46,184 nt of DNA from an uncultured Methanosarcinales archaeon (GTDB taxonomy: Archaea > Nanobdellota > Nanobdellia > Woesearchaeales > GW2011-AR9): positions 1 to 46,184 of the forward strand of contig CAYTOG010000003.1 of NCBI GenBank assembly GCA_964439765.1, given 5' to 3'. The notes below the pieces were generated by a model. It was not told the origin of the DNA and did not search any database. It saw only the letters and a program-made list of their open reading frames with translations. The stretch's first letter is position 1. Every line of letters begins with the position of its first letter. Below are positions 16,365 through 27,076 of the stretch, piece by piece. A program made the position numbers and the translations under genes.

Positions 16365-18629
16365 TTGTATTGGGTGTCTACACAAACAAGGAACAGTATT
16401 GTTGATATGACATTTGCTTTTTCAACACAAATTGTGTCTAACATTCAGATGTTTTGGGATTGGATACTCTTAATTGAATTTTTCATAATTTTATACTTAC
16501 TTTACAAACTATTAACTTGTGGTGATGAAGAAACAAGTTTTTCTTTTACACCAACTCAATTACTGAATAAAATAAAAGGAATGTTTACACCAACTGGTCC
16601 TCCACCTAATATGCCCGATCCAAATAGATCCTTTAATTTCTCTCCTACTCCTCCACCAAACAAAGGGAGTAAATCTCCAAGTCCAAACAAAGGAGATGAT
16701 CCAATCCCTCCAAAAGACCCTGTTTTCAATGAACCAAAACACAAACCTTTGCCAGGTGCACCATACTATAAACCAAAAAAACCCAAACCACCTAAAGAAG
16801 ATAGGACATTAGTTGATTTATCTCCATGGTTTTTGCAAGTAAGGAATCAAGATAGTCTTGGTGCATGTGCTGCGTTTGCAGGTTCATCCATTATGGAATA
16901 CATAATTAATAGGGTGACTGGACATCTAAATTATAATTTTAAACTTTCAGAGTTATTTTTATGGTATAACACAAGAGAAAGTAAAGGGGAAAATTCCGGA
17001 ACAGTTCCGGCAGATTTAATGAATTGGATGTTGCAAAAAGGGGATTGTAAAGAAAGTTTATGGTCATTTGAAGATAAGACTTCAACTAAATATTTGCAAG
17101 AGCCAACTGAAGTTTGTTTTCAAGATGCGCCAGAACAAAGAGCTCTATCTATTCGTAATGTTTCAGTTGATCCAGATGAATGGATTAGGGCTTTATTGGA
17201 TGAACACCCTTTATTTTTTGGAATAGAGACTCCACAAAACTTTAATGAATCTCATTTAATAGGAAAACCACTTTTTGAAAATCCTGTGTGGCCAAGCAGG
17301 GGTGGTCATGGCATGGTTATTGTGGGGTATGATTCTCATTATCCAACACCTGATGGAAGAAAGATTGAAGCGTTTAAAGTAAGAAACAGTTGGGGAGAAC
17401 TTTTTGGAGAAGATGGATACATCTGGATTCCTCGTAATATATTACGCAACATGATCAGCAGACTTGGCAGTTGTCTCTATTTAATAGATGGATGGAACAA
17501 TAATAAAGCAAATAAAAAACTGTTCACAGTAACTGGTAGAGCAGTATTTGATGGTGGACACGCACCTAATGTGCCACATAATTGGGATGGACACAAAATA
17601 GTGAACAGTAATGATCTTAAGTCTCCAGATCATCCATTTAAAGTTGCAATTATGGCACAGATAAAAGGCAGACCAGTATTCTTACCTGGTGCTGAAACAA
17701 TTGTGCATCCAGAACAAGATGGGATGTTCAAAATACAATTTACTGCAGATCCTACACAATTCGAAGAGTTAACAGAATTCTCAAGAGCATTCCCAATGCA
17801 CTTCCATAATATCAATTTCAAAAAAGAGGTGCCAGGAATTGTTGTTGTAAAAAAACCAGCTCAAGAACAGAATACAGATATGAAACAATGGTTCTTCCAT
17901 ATAACTGATTTCAAATATTCTCCTTCTGGACGAGGTGGTGAAGCACGAGAAAACCCGATTAATCCTAGAAGTGATATTGCAACAGGGAAGCACATAAAGT
18001 ATTCAGGAAGGCCAATTCAGTTTGGCCCAAATCACACTGAAGAGCACAATGTTGTGATTCCAATAATCTTTTACGGTGGAACAGAAGATGCTGCTGCTGC
18101 AACAGGAAATGCAGAGGAACGTGCAAAGAAAGAAGCACTTGAGAAGATTCATCATCCAGCACAAAAAGAATTTGAGTGGGCCCAAAGAGAATTTAATCTT
18201 TTAGAAGATATGAGGAGTGCAATTCTTGCAAGAAATATCTCTAAAGTAGTAAGACAAGAAAAAAGAATAAGCAGAGCAATGTATCGTCTTAATAGAGAAC
18301 ATAGTAATTTCAAAAAAAGTATTCCAAGAAGTATAAGAAATTTGCCAACGGACCTTGGACAAGAACTAATGCAAAAGAAAGAAGACTTAGATGTTGCAGA
18401 AAGAAAATTGCTTGTCTTCTTGCAATCAAGATCTAAAATTGCTACCACTCAAATATACAAGCAACTTTCAGTGCGGTCAGCAAAAAATTATCTTAAGAAC
18501 CATCACACAGAAGATACTCCTGAAGTTACAAAAGCTTGGAATGACCTTTCATCAAGCTTGAGTGCAGCATCACATTGGTTAGATTCATTAGTTGTAACTC
18601 TAAGAGATATTGTTGATCTAACAAAATAA
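16365..18629 (+). CDS. Papain-like C1A cysteine peptidase with Pro-rich linker and C-terminal helical domain
   Basis: VDL..VRNQDSLGACAAFA (Q/C), GGHGMVIVGYD (H), VRNSWG..GEDGYIWI (N). Confidence 0.88.
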   Translation: MYWVSTQTRNSIVDMTFAFSTQIVSNIQMFWDWILLIEFFIILYLLYKLLTCGDEETSFSFTPTQLLNKIKGMFTPTGPPPNMPDPNRSFNFSPTPPPNKGSKSPSPNKGDDPIPPKDPVFNEPKHKPLPGAPYYKPKKPKPPKEDRTLVDLSPWFLQVRNQDSLGACAAFAGSSIMEYIINRVTGHLNYNFKLSELFLWYNTRESKGENSGTVPADLMNWMLQKGDCKESLWSFEDKTSTKYLQEPTEVCFQDAPEQRALSIRNVSVDPDEWIRALLDEHPLFFGIETPQNFNESHLIGKPLFENPVWPSRGGHGMVIVGYDSHYPTPDGRKIEAFKVRNSWGELFGEDGYIWIPRNILRNMISRLGSCLYLIDGWNNNKANKKLFTVTGRAVFDGGHAPNVPHNWDGHKIVNSNDLKSPDHPFKVAIMAQIKGRPVFLPGAETIVHPEQDGMFKIQFTADPTQFEELTEFSRAFPMHFHNINFKKEVPGIVVVKKPAQEQNTDMKQWFFHITDFKYSPSGRGGEARENPINPRSDIATGKHIKYSGRPIQFGPNHTEEHNVVIPIIFYGGTEDAAAATGNAEERAKKEALEKIHHPAQKEFEWAQREFNLLEDMRSAILARNISKVVRQEKRISRAMYRLNREHSNFKKSIPRSIRNLPTDLGQELMQKKEDLDVAERKLLVFLQSRSKIATTQIYKQLSVRSAKNYLKNHHTEDTPEVTKAWNDLSSSLSAASHWLDSLVVTLRDIVDLTK

Positions 18630-18682
18630 AACGGATAACAATAATAAAAAAACAAAGAATATTCATCAATCAAATAACAGGA

Positions 18683-20992
18683 TTACTTTTTTTCTGCTTT
18701 CCTTTTTTGCACTTCGTTATCAAGCCAACGTTTGTACTCAAAGAAAATGCGATCAGGATCTAAATGGCCAAGAGATTCACTGACTTTGCTGCTAAGGATA
18801 TGAAATGTATCATTTGCACGGATTACAAATTCTGCTTCAAGCATGTCCATATCATTATTAGCAACTGAAGCATCAACTAACGCTTGTTTACAATTTCCTC
18901 TAAGAACAATATTATTCCAAACAGCATCCCAATCTCCTGCGAATTCTTTAATGGATCCTGCCATTCTTTTCAAGATATCTGAATTTCCATTAATCAAATC
19001 ATCAGTGATTTCCAATGTGTCTGTTTTAGGATTATACACCATTAAATCAACAAACGCTCCTTCTTTTAGTGGATCTTCTTCCCACAGTTTTCGAATCTCT
19101 GTAACACGTAAAACACGTTTTACTTTTTTCATACCTGAAGCAGAGCGAACAGGGTTCACAATAACAATAATGTCTGTTGCTTTAAACGAAGTTTTAGGCA
19201 CCCCAATATCATTTACAACTCTATCATATACTCCATAAGGAGAAGCTGCGTGAATTGTTCCAGCAACAATGTTTGCAGCAGCACCAACACGCATGGCTTC
19301 AAAAAGGGCAATAGCTTCTTTCGAGCGAACTTCTCCAATAATAAGAGCACTATCTCCAAGTCGAAGTGTTGATCTAATTCCAGTTGATGCATCAACTTCA
19401 CTTCCTTTTTCAACAGAAAGTGAAGATCCAACTTTAAGTGTTTCAACGTTATATCCCAAAGATCGAAGTGATTCATTTGGAAGTTCTAATGTGTCTTCAA
19501 GTGTGATTAATCGATAACGACGCATAATTTCAACAAGGGAACTACCAAGAAATGAACTCTTTCCACTTGAACGTGTTCCAGCAATTAACATTGTAGCATT
19601 CCCATCAATAATAAAACTAAGGAGGCCTGCACAAACAGAGTTCATCATTTTAAATTTTGGATGTAAATACAGTGGGAATGTCCAAGGGTGGTCACGATGT
19701 CTTCGAAATGAGAAAGCAGTACCAAACGGATCAAGTGGTGCAGTTACTGCAGATACCCTAGAACTAAAACCAGTAACTTTTAGTTCAGTGTCTAAAATTG
19801 GGTTCGCTTCATCAAGTGGCCTACCAGAAATCAAACGCAATTTTGTTGCCCATCCATCAACTTCAGTTGTTGTGGGGTAAACATTTGTGTAACAATCACC
19901 AAAATCTTGGTGGACAAGAAAAATAGGCACTTCTCCATTTGGTGAATTGATGTTTACATCTTGTACTCTTTCATCAGAGAGGAATAATTCAATAAGACCA
20001 AACCCAACAGTATAACGAAGAAGAGCTGTTGCCAAAGCCTCAATTTTACTATCTTTAATTTTGAGGTTTTTATGATTAGATAGGTCTGTTAACATGTCTT
20101 TGCCAATATTAAAAAAAACTTCACGCATTCGTTGTGGGTCAACGAATTCTTTTTGTGTTGGTTTGTGTTCAGAGAGGATTCTTTTTGCAGCGTCGAGAAG
20201 TTCGTATTCCTCCTCACTAAAATTAATCTCTGGTGGAGTAATGTGGTAAAGAGTTTTAATTGAATCATCAAAACCAAAAATGTTAACTTCAACTTTTGAT
20301 GAACCTTCTCCAAATGAATAACTTTCAAGAAGGTTAGCATTTGGCGGAAATTCACTTTGTAATTTTGTGTACATAAAATCTGGCCGTGTACTTGGATGAA
20401 AGATGTACCCATAGATTTGACGATCACCATGTTCATATTCTTTAAGGTGAGGAAAGAGTTGCCTAAGTAATTGAAGACCTTCGAGTTTTGCAAGAGCATC
20501 TATTAAAATACCAACAAATTTTTCTTGACTTGTTTTGTGTTTGGAGTCTACAATGTTTTGTAATTTAATTTTCTCGCGGCGCTCTAACCGTTTTAATTCA
20601 ACATATGCTGCAAGTGGGTCTTCTTTCAACCTTTTTGATAAAATTGCTTGAAAATTAGCATAGGAAGAGCGGATGTATTTTTCATGTACTGGATCAACAA
20701 CAATGTGTGAGTACATGAAGCGCTCATCTTTACTCAATTTCCTGTAAAGGGATGCAAGCTCAATTAGAAGTTTTACTTGGGAATAATCATAATCATATTC
20801 TCTACGTTGTGAGAGAATAATTGTTGTAACTCCACTGTTTTGCAAAAGAAGATCGATAGCTTTTGTCATACATTGTTCACTGTATTCAATAGATGGGGGG
20901 AACATGCATTTTTCTAAGTAAATCTTTAGAATTTTGTTGTCGCCTTCATGGTATATGTCAAAGGCAAAGCAATCTTTTGTGTCTTCATCCAT
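18683..20992 (-). CDS. Type II/IV secretion (VirB11/TadA/ArlI-like) ATPase with a long N-terminal extension
   Basis: Walker A AGTRSSGKS, Asp box LEDTLEL, Walker B LIIGEVR, His box GTIHA. Confidence 0.92.
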   Translation of the reverse strand: MDEDTKDCFAFDIYHEGDNKILKIYLEKCMFPPSIEYSEQCMTKAIDLLLQNSGVTTIILSQRREYDYDYSQVKLLIELASLYRKLSKDERFMYSHIVVDPVHEKYIRSSYANFQAILSKRLKEDPLAAYVELKRLERREKIKLQNIVDSKHKTSQEKFVGILIDALAKLEGLQLLRQLFPHLKEYEHGDRQIYGYIFHPSTRPDFMYTKLQSEFPPNANLLESYSFGEGSSKVEVNIFGFDDSIKTLYHITPPEINFSEEEYELLDAAKRILSEHKPTQKEFVDPQRMREVFFNIGKDMLTDLSNHKNLKIKDSKIEALATALLRYTVGFGLIELFLSDERVQDVNINSPNGEVPIFLVHQDFGDCYTNVYPTTTEVDGWATKLRLISGRPLDEANPILDTELKVTGFSSRVSAVTAPLDPFGTAFSFRRHRDHPWTFPLYLHPKFKMMNSVCAGLLSFIIDGNATMLIAGTRSSGKSSFLGSSLVEIMRRYRLITLEDTLELPNESLRSLGYNVETLKVGSSLSVEKGSEVDASTGIRSTLRLGDSALIIGEVRSKEAIALFEAMRVGAAANIVAGTIHAASPYGVYDRVVNDIGVPKTSFKATDIIVIVNPVRSASGMKKVKRVLRVTEIRKLWEEDPLKEGAFVDLMVYNPKTDTLEITDDLINGNSDILKRMAGSIKEFAGDWDAVWNNIVLRGNCKQALVDASVANNDMDMLEAEFVIRANDTFHILSSKVSESLGHLDPDRIFFEYKRWLDNEVQKRKAEKK

Positions 20993-21149
20993 TCTTTTCT
21001 CTTTAAACCCCTTTATTGTAGGTTTAAACAGTATTTATTCTTAAATACTTTTCTTTTGTGGCAACTATAGTGAGAATAATGGGCCTTGTTCTATATTCTA
21101 CCTAAAACCCTATCATTTATATACCAAAAAGGTCTCTCTCTTAACGAGG

Positions 21150-21578
21150 ATGGATTTTGGAAAAAAGCCGGTAGCACCTGTTGCAAAGCAAGAGTTTGAT
21201 AGTGCAAAGATGTTTACTTGGGCAAAAGCACTTGAGTCAAAGATAAATTCATTGAGAAGAGAATTTGATCTAGTGAAGAATAATTCTACAAGAGCAGCTC
21301 AAGATACAAAACAAAATCTCAGAACATTAAATACAGAGTTTACAGATTTGCAACATAAAGTAGCGAAGATTGAAGAGAAGATTGATTTAATAGTGTCAGA
21401 ATTAAAACGCACTGCAGGAAAAGAAGAGTTAGATGTCCTAAAAAAATATATTGAATTTTGGAATCCAATGGAGTTCGTAACACATAAAGACCTTGATAAG
21501 GTTGTGGAACAAAAAGTGAGAGATATGGTGCATACACAAAAACTTTCAAAAGATATAAAAGCGACAGAAGATACATAA
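21150..21578 (+). CDS. Coiled-coil protein, possibly an ArlC/FlaC-like accessory factor
   Basis: Heptad coiled coil followed by VLKKYIEFWNPMEFV. Divergent from the ATPase gene. Confidence 0.7.
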   Translation: MDFGKKPVAPVAKQEFDSAKMFTWAKALESKINSLRREFDLVKNNSTRAAQDTKQNLRTLNTEFTDLQHKVAKIEEKIDLIVSELKRTAGKEELDVLKKYIEFWNPMEFVTHKDLDKVVEQKVRDMVHTQKLSKDIKATEDT

Positions 21579-21654
21579 TAACTGAATATTAAATAAGAAA
21601 CATTAGAGTATAATATTATTAATAATAATTTGAATAATAAATAATAGGTGATGA

Positions 21655-22335
21655 ATGGTGGCATTATTTCCAAGTGGTGGGCAAGGTGGATCTCCTGATG
21701 TAGATTCAGAAGTACATTCTATGCGTCAAGAAGGATTAACTGATGATCAAATTCTAAAAGAATTAAAAGCGAAAGGTGTAAAAGAACAGAGAGTAATTTC
21801 TGCATTAAGTAAATTAGGTGGGCCAGGTGGCCAAGATTTTCCTGGAATGGGATCCAAAGAAGGGATGCCTCAGATGCTAACTAGTGAACCTAGGCAATCA
21901 GCATTTGGTGGTCCAAGTGAAATGCCCCCTATGCCACAAATGCCCAATCATGGTATGCCTGGGCCAAGTTCATCAAGCCACGGGACGGGAGTTCTGGATT
22001 CTTCGCAAGATCTCTATGAGCGCATAGAAGAGATTACAGAGGAGATGATTGATGAGAAATGGGATGATTTAATCAAAGAAGTTCGCAAAATCGTGGAATG
22101 GAAAAATACTGTTGAATCGAAAATGCAAAAAATGGATTCTGATGTATCTAAACTCAAAGAAGATTTTAAACTGTTGCATCAAGGTGTTATGGGAAAAGTC
22201 CAAGAGTATGACGAGCGAATGCAAGAAGTCGGTACGGAATTAAAAGCTGTGGGAAAGGTATTCAAAGATGTTGTACCTGTTTTTACAGAGAATGTCAAAG
22301 AGCTTCGTTCTATAACAAAAGATATGAAGAAATAA
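21655..22335 (+). CDS. Protein with small N-terminal helical domain, Pro/Gly/Met linker and C-terminal coiled coil
   Basis: SD GGTGATG; IEEITEEMIDEKWDDL..IVEWK coiled coil. Confidence 0.8.
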   Translation: MVALFPSGGQGGSPDVDSEVHSMRQEGLTDDQILKELKAKGVKEQRVISALSKLGGPGGQDFPGMGSKEGMPQMLTSEPRQSAFGGPSEMPPMPQMPNHGMPGPSSSSHGTGVLDSSQDLYERIEEITEEMIDEKWDDLIKEVRKIVEWKNTVESKMQKMDSDVSKLKEDFKLLHQGVMGKVQEYDERMQEVGTELKAVGKVFKDVVPVFTENVKELRSITKDMKK

Positions 22336-22382
22336 TTATTTTATATTTTTTTAATTTATCTTCAAAACAATATTTCTAAACT

Positions 22383-22766
22383 TCAATACCTACCAATTAA
22401 CTTCAAATACCACCATTGCCAAAGGCAAAAGAATAGTATAAATATTGCAGCAAAGAACCAAAGAACTTTTGGTCCACCTTCGAGTGCTCCCCAAATGAGT
22501 CCAAGTGTGGCAACAGAAGACCAAATAATTTTCAAACGGAGCATTACAACAAAAGAATCATAATTCTCTTTATTCATCCAAAGTGACATTCCTCCAATGG
22601 CAAAGAGAGCTGCTGCAACTAATCTTGCAAGATTAACTTCTACAGTTTCAAAACCAAAAATACCAAGAAAATATCCTGGAGCAAAGAAAAGTGGAATGGC
22701 AAAAATCATATCTAGAACGAAATGAACCTTAAACCAATTACGAACTTGTACTGGCACTTTTCTCAT
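22383..22766 (-). CDS. Hypothetical 4-TM membrane protein
   Basis: Four hydrophobic helices; starts 1 nt after the upstream stop. Confidence 0.75.
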   Translation of the reverse strand: MRKVPVQVRNWFKVHFVLDMIFAIPLFFAPGYFLGIFGFETVEVNLARLVAAALFAIGGMSLWMNKENYDSFVVMLRLKIIWSSVATLGLIWGALEGGPKVLWFFAAIFILFFCLWQWWYLKLIGRY

Positions 22767-22767
22767 G

Positions 22768-23310
22768 TTACGTTTTCCCCGTTAGCAGCGCAATGGCCAT
22801 AACACAAATAGCAAAGAGAACTAAAACTCCCAAAATTTTTGGGTGAAAAATAATTTCAAATAAATTGGATTCAAAATCATCACTATCTCCTGTCCCATCA
22901 GCTGATGATTGTGATTGTTCAAGAACATCTTGGCCAAAAGTAACAGCAAAACCTGCACCAATAATAACAATAACAACACCAATCATTGTCCAAGTAACTG
23001 CAGCATCACGAGTAACAACATCATGAATATCTGCATTAGTTGCCCCAAATGTTTTCATAATAAGCAAAAAGAGCAATATTAAGATTAAGACAAAGATAAA
23101 CCATGGCGCGATGAACACAATAAGTGCAACAACTGATTCTGAGAGGGAGGCTAAAATCGCACAACAAATAGCAACTGTTGCATTAATAGCAGTTGAATCT
23201 CCAAGAAATTTAAATTTTTGCAAGACAGCATAAACCAAAACAAAGATTAAGAGAACTGGAAAGATAACACTAAAGTATTGCAATAATCCTAAATCGAGTA
23301 CACTTGCCAT
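22768..23310 (-). CDS. Membrane protein, paralog 3 of the P(F/V)LL(V/I)F family
   Basis: IFPVLLIFVLVYAVLQKFKFLG...INATVA. Confidence 0.8.
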   Translation of the reverse strand: MASVLDLGLLQYFSVIFPVLLIFVLVYAVLQKFKFLGDSTAINATVAICCAILASLSESVVALIVFIAPWFIFVLILILLFLLIMKTFGATNADIHDVVTRDAAVTWTMIGVVIVIIGAGFAVTFGQDVLEQSQSSADGTGDSDDFESNLFEIIFHPKILGVLVLFAICVMAIALLTGKT

Positions 23311-23369
23311 TTTTTTGTTTTATTATGAAACTTAATTAACAATAATAAAATAAAAAAGGAATTACTTCC

Positions 23370-23936
23370 CTACCATTTTTTCTCAAACATTTTCTCGAGT
23401 GATTTCATCAATCCTTCTCCAGCAGATTTTTTGCTTGGATCTCGTACAATAAACCACACTAAGAGGCCAAAGACCAGCATTATAATAATCAATTCCGTAA
23501 CTTCACTACTCCACCAACCAAACACATCATAAGGTCCAGTCCAAAGTCCAAGTGCAGCACCGAAAACATAACCAACAAAACCAATTGATACAAGTGCGAT
23601 AATTGGTGCAGCTCCTTTTGCAAAATCTGTGCCAAAAATCCCCATTAAAAGTAACAACATTATTGCAGCAACTGATATCAATGAAATACTTGGAAGTGCA
23701 TTATTCATAACATCGACTGGATCAAAACCAAGGGGATAATTCCCTGTGATGTGTGGAACAACAAATAATAATCCAAGTGTTAATGCAATTACTACTGCAA
23801 AATTTTTATTATCTTTAAACAGCGGCATTTTGATTGCTACTGCATAGACTATTGTAAAAACAAGTAAAAATGGCAAGAGAAAATCTACCACTCCAATTGA
23901 TTCAAAAAGATTTGCTAATGTTGAAAATGTTGCCAT
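23370..23936 (-). CDS. Membrane protein, paralog 2 of the PFLLVF family
   Basis: DFLLPFLLVFTIVYAVAIKMPLF..KNFAVVIA. ATG 23936 follows GGAG/GAGGTG. Confidence 0.8.
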   Translation of the reverse strand: MATFSTLANLFESIGVVDFLLPFLLVFTIVYAVAIKMPLFKDNKNFAVVIALTLGLLFVVPHITGNYPLGFDPVDVMNNALPSISLISVAAIMLLLLMGIFGTDFAKGAAPIIALVSIGFVGYVFGAALGLWTGPYDVFGWWSSEVTELIIIMLVFGLLVWFIVRDPSKKSAGEGLMKSLEKMFEKKW

Positions 23937-24031
23937 AACTCCTTCCACCTCTGTATCTGCATAATTCTACTATTGAAAGGATCATAATGTCCTTTTTAAT
24001 TGTTTTCATTCAAATGATTCTTCATTTGTAA

Positions 24032-24586
24032 TTATTTTTTATCTTTTGTTGTTGATTTTTTTGGTTCACGAATAATAAGTCCAACTATTCCTGCAACAAG
24101 AACCAAAAAGACAAGAGCACTGACCCATTCGACATCCATCATATACAAAAGTCCAATGATCACTTCAAGCCATCCCATTGCATTCAAAAAAATCGCAGCG
24201 ATACCAATAAACATGATGAGCATCATAGTTTTAACCCATCCAGGAAAATCTTTGAGTGTAAACTCACCATCGCCATGGAAACTGCCAACAAGTAAGAGGA
24301 AACAAACTGATAATATTAAGAGTAAGACTACATTTGCTATAATTTCATTAATGATACTAACCAACTGAGTAGAAGCGATCACTAAAAATGCACAAATAAA
24401 AGCAGTCATTGCATTAAGGTTCTTTTTAGTAACTTTTTCTCCTTCTAATGTGCTCATTCCAAGAATTTTAGTTTTTTCAAGGATAGCAAATACAAGGGTA
24501 AATACAAGTAAAAATGGAAGAACTACATCATAAAGTCCAAAATCGTTCAAAAATTCAATAGCATTACGAAAAACAGTCTCAGCCAT
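24032..24586 (-). CDS. Membrane protein, paralog 1 of the PFLLVF family
   Basis: DVVLPFLLVFTLVFAILEKTKILG...KNLNAMTA; SD GAGGT. Confidence 0.82.
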   Translation of the reverse strand: MAETVFRNAIEFLNDFGLYDVVLPFLLVFTLVFAILEKTKILGMSTLEGEKVTKKNLNAMTAFICAFLVIASTQLVSIINEIIANVVLLLILSVCFLLLVGSFHGDGEFTLKDFPGWVKTMMLIMFIGIAAIFLNAMGWLEVIIGLLYMMDVEWVSALVFLVLVAGIVGLIIREPKKSTTKDKK

Positions 24587-24863
24587 ATACCATACCTCTT
24601 TGTATTTATAAAGAAAGTTGAGTATTTAAATCTTTGCAGAGGATAAGGTAAGCAAACTGGTAAAATAAACTTCTATTTAAGAAATTAGAGAAAAATAACG
24701 AATGTGGAGAGCTAGATCTTTCATAATTGTTGTAGATCTTTTTGTTGTCAAAAAAGACAAAATGATTAAAACTACTCGAAAGTAGCAAAAAGTTTAAAAA
24801 GAAGCACATTTTTTTGATTATCAGGAGAAATAAACATCTCATAACGACAAAAGTGAAATAATA

Positions 24864-25790
24864 ATGGTAAAAGATAAAGATAAATCAATTTTTCAAGGTG
24901 ATGTTAGAAATCGTTGGAATATGGGTGGTGAAGATTTTACTATAACACGCGTTAAACCAAAATGTGGTGGTCAAGAAGCAAGTAATCAACCAACTGAAGA
25001 AATTTCAGGTCCAGCAGATGGTAGTTTAAATGAAGATATGAGACTATTTGAAATTGGTGAAGGAAGAGAAGGGCATGAATTTACATATGTTAGAGATGAT
25101 CCAACCACTAGGGGTAATTTGGACTGTGTGAATTTAAGAGAAGGTCAAACTGGTGATGGTTTAGATAGTTTAGTAGATGATTCTGTTGGAATGTGGGATG
25201 ATGTCACTGAAGATATGGTGCCTAAAGAAGAATCTACAAGAAGAGAGAAATATTTTGAATCAGAAGAACCTGAAGTAACAGAAGCAACTGTACCAATAAT
25301 TCCACCAAATGTTACTAACAGAAGACAATTAAGAAGATCTAGAGGAGTTGTTTCAGCATCTGTTCTTTCTACTTTAGTTGGAATTGGAATTGTGGCAGCA
25401 GGAAGTTTATACTCTTTAAGAGATAATGCAGAGGCACAGTCAACATATGAATGTGTGCAAGGAGCAGTTGAACAAAACAGTGTGCCAGAAATGGAAGCAT
25501 GCTTTATTGATTATGTTCAAGGAAATCCAAATTCTCCTAGTGTTACTGTTAGTGGAGATGATTTAATTTTTAGTTATGATGGTTGCGATAGAAGTAATCC
25601 AGAAGCAAGTGTTGCTGAAGATTCACTACACGGTGCAACAGTAGTTTATAACATCATGATGAACGGTTATGATCGTTTAAGTGGAGCTGAAGAAGTAAAA
25701 GCAATAGATTTACTTCATAATGTAGGAATAATCCCTTGTGCAAGTGATAACATTAGAGTTCCAAAAGATCCAACTGGAGGAGATTTATAA
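24864..25790 (+). CDS. Acidic single-pass membrane protein of unknown function
   Basis: Acidic N-terminus, RRQLRRSR before one TM helix, Cys-containing C-terminal domain. Confidence 0.75.
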   Translation: MVKDKDKSIFQGDVRNRWNMGGEDFTITRVKPKCGGQEASNQPTEEISGPADGSLNEDMRLFEIGEGREGHEFTYVRDDPTTRGNLDCVNLREGQTGDGLDSLVDDSVGMWDDVTEDMVPKEESTRREKYFESEEPEVTEATVPIIPPNVTNRRQLRRSRGVVSASVLSTLVGIGIVAAGSLYSLRDNAEAQSTYECVQGAVEQNSVPEMEACFIDYVQGNPNSPSVTVSGDDLIFSYDGCDRSNPEASVAEDSLHGATVVYNIMMNGYDRLSGAEEVKAIDLLHNVGIIPCASDNIRVPKDPTGGDL

Positions 25791-26992
25791 TGAGTTTTTT
25801 AAACAGATTAGCAATAACTTTGGGTCTAGTTGCAGGAGTATCATATACTCCTACTGCAGACGCTATTGATGCACCGCCTGCGCCAATTGTACAAGAATTA
25901 CAAAAACAAGCTGCAGCAACTTCTGAAGATCAAGAAAAAGTACTTCCAGAAAGTCCTCAAGAAAATAATGATATTTTATGGATTGATGGAGATAATACTT
26001 TACATGCAAACATTACTGCACCAGAATTGGAACAACATGGTGTTGGTGTAGCAAATTTAATCTCTGCAGCATATGCAAATCCAAATCTCTCAACATTAGA
26101 TAATGATCAAGTAGTTGATCTTATTGTTTCTTCAGATATGGGTGGAGAATTATTTGATAGTCCTCAATATAGGCAATTAGAATTATGTGTTTTACAGCAA
26201 GTCGCAAAAGGAGATCAATCTCAAATAGGAAATCCTGATAGTGACAGATTAACAGATGCCTTGTTGTACACTACACATAATGTCTTATTTGCTGAAGAAA
26301 TAAAGGGGGATCCAAGTCAAGTTCAATGCACATTAACTGGAGAGTTTTTAGAAAGTGCACAGTCAAATTTCGATGGCGCTTCATCTATCAACGAAACATT
26401 AGACACATTAGATCTTGATGCAACTGGTTCAATTGACAATATGTTTGATGGATATGAAACAACTTTATCAGATTATGTGCGATTAGAAAAAATAACTCGA
26501 AATACAGATGGTACACTTATTGATTATGCTTCAGCAACTGTTGATCAAATCGCAGAAACATACGCTTTAGTAAAAAAAGTAGCATCCAAAGAAGTAGAAT
26601 TATCTGTAAATGAAATAAAACGATTAGGTAATGATGCTTACAATCTTCTTGGAGAACAAGGTTCAGAAAATTTCATTTCAGTTGCGCAATTAAGAAAAGA
26701 TTTGGGATTGAAAGGAGATTATCGTAAAAATGCAATTAACGCGGGTGGAAAAGGGCGAAGAGAACAAAATAAAGAACGTAGCCAAGTAAGTGTTGAAACT
26801 GCAGTAGCTGAAAATTACAATGGATGTTCAAATATTGATGCACCTGATACACAAAATCTAAGATGTAACACAATTGACTCGCAAGAATTAAGGGATCTAA
26901 GGAATCCAGTTGCAGAAGTTGCACAAGAATCAAAATATGTCTCTTCAGATCCAACTGCGGTGCCTGAACCAAGATTTGTAAAATATGCGTAA
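25790..26992 (+). CDS. Secreted acidic protein of unknown function
   Basis: Signal peptide ending in ADA, TAATG overlap with the upstream gene, SD GGAGG. Confidence 0.78.
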   Translation: MSFLNRLAITLGLVAGVSYTPTADAIDAPPAPIVQELQKQAAATSEDQEKVLPESPQENNDILWIDGDNTLHANITAPELEQHGVGVANLISAAYANPNLSTLDNDQVVDLIVSSDMGGELFDSPQYRQLELCVLQQVAKGDQSQIGNPDSDRLTDALLYTTHNVLFAEEIKGDPSQVQCTLTGEFLESAQSNFDGASSINETLDTLDLDATGSIDNMFDGYETTLSDYVRLEKITRNTDGTLIDYASATVDQIAETYALVKKVASKEVELSVNEIKRLGNDAYNLLGEQGSENFISVAQLRKDLGLKGDYRKNAINAGGKGRREQNKERSQVSVETAVAENYNGCSNIDAPDTQNLRCNTIDSQELRDLRNPVAEVAQESKYVSSDPTAVPEPRFVKYA

Positions 26993-27076
26993 AGATGCAC
27001 TTGAAGTGCACATTTTTGTTACTACCTAGTTACGATAATAGCAACATTTATAAAGAATGTCTCCTTCTAAGAGGGT

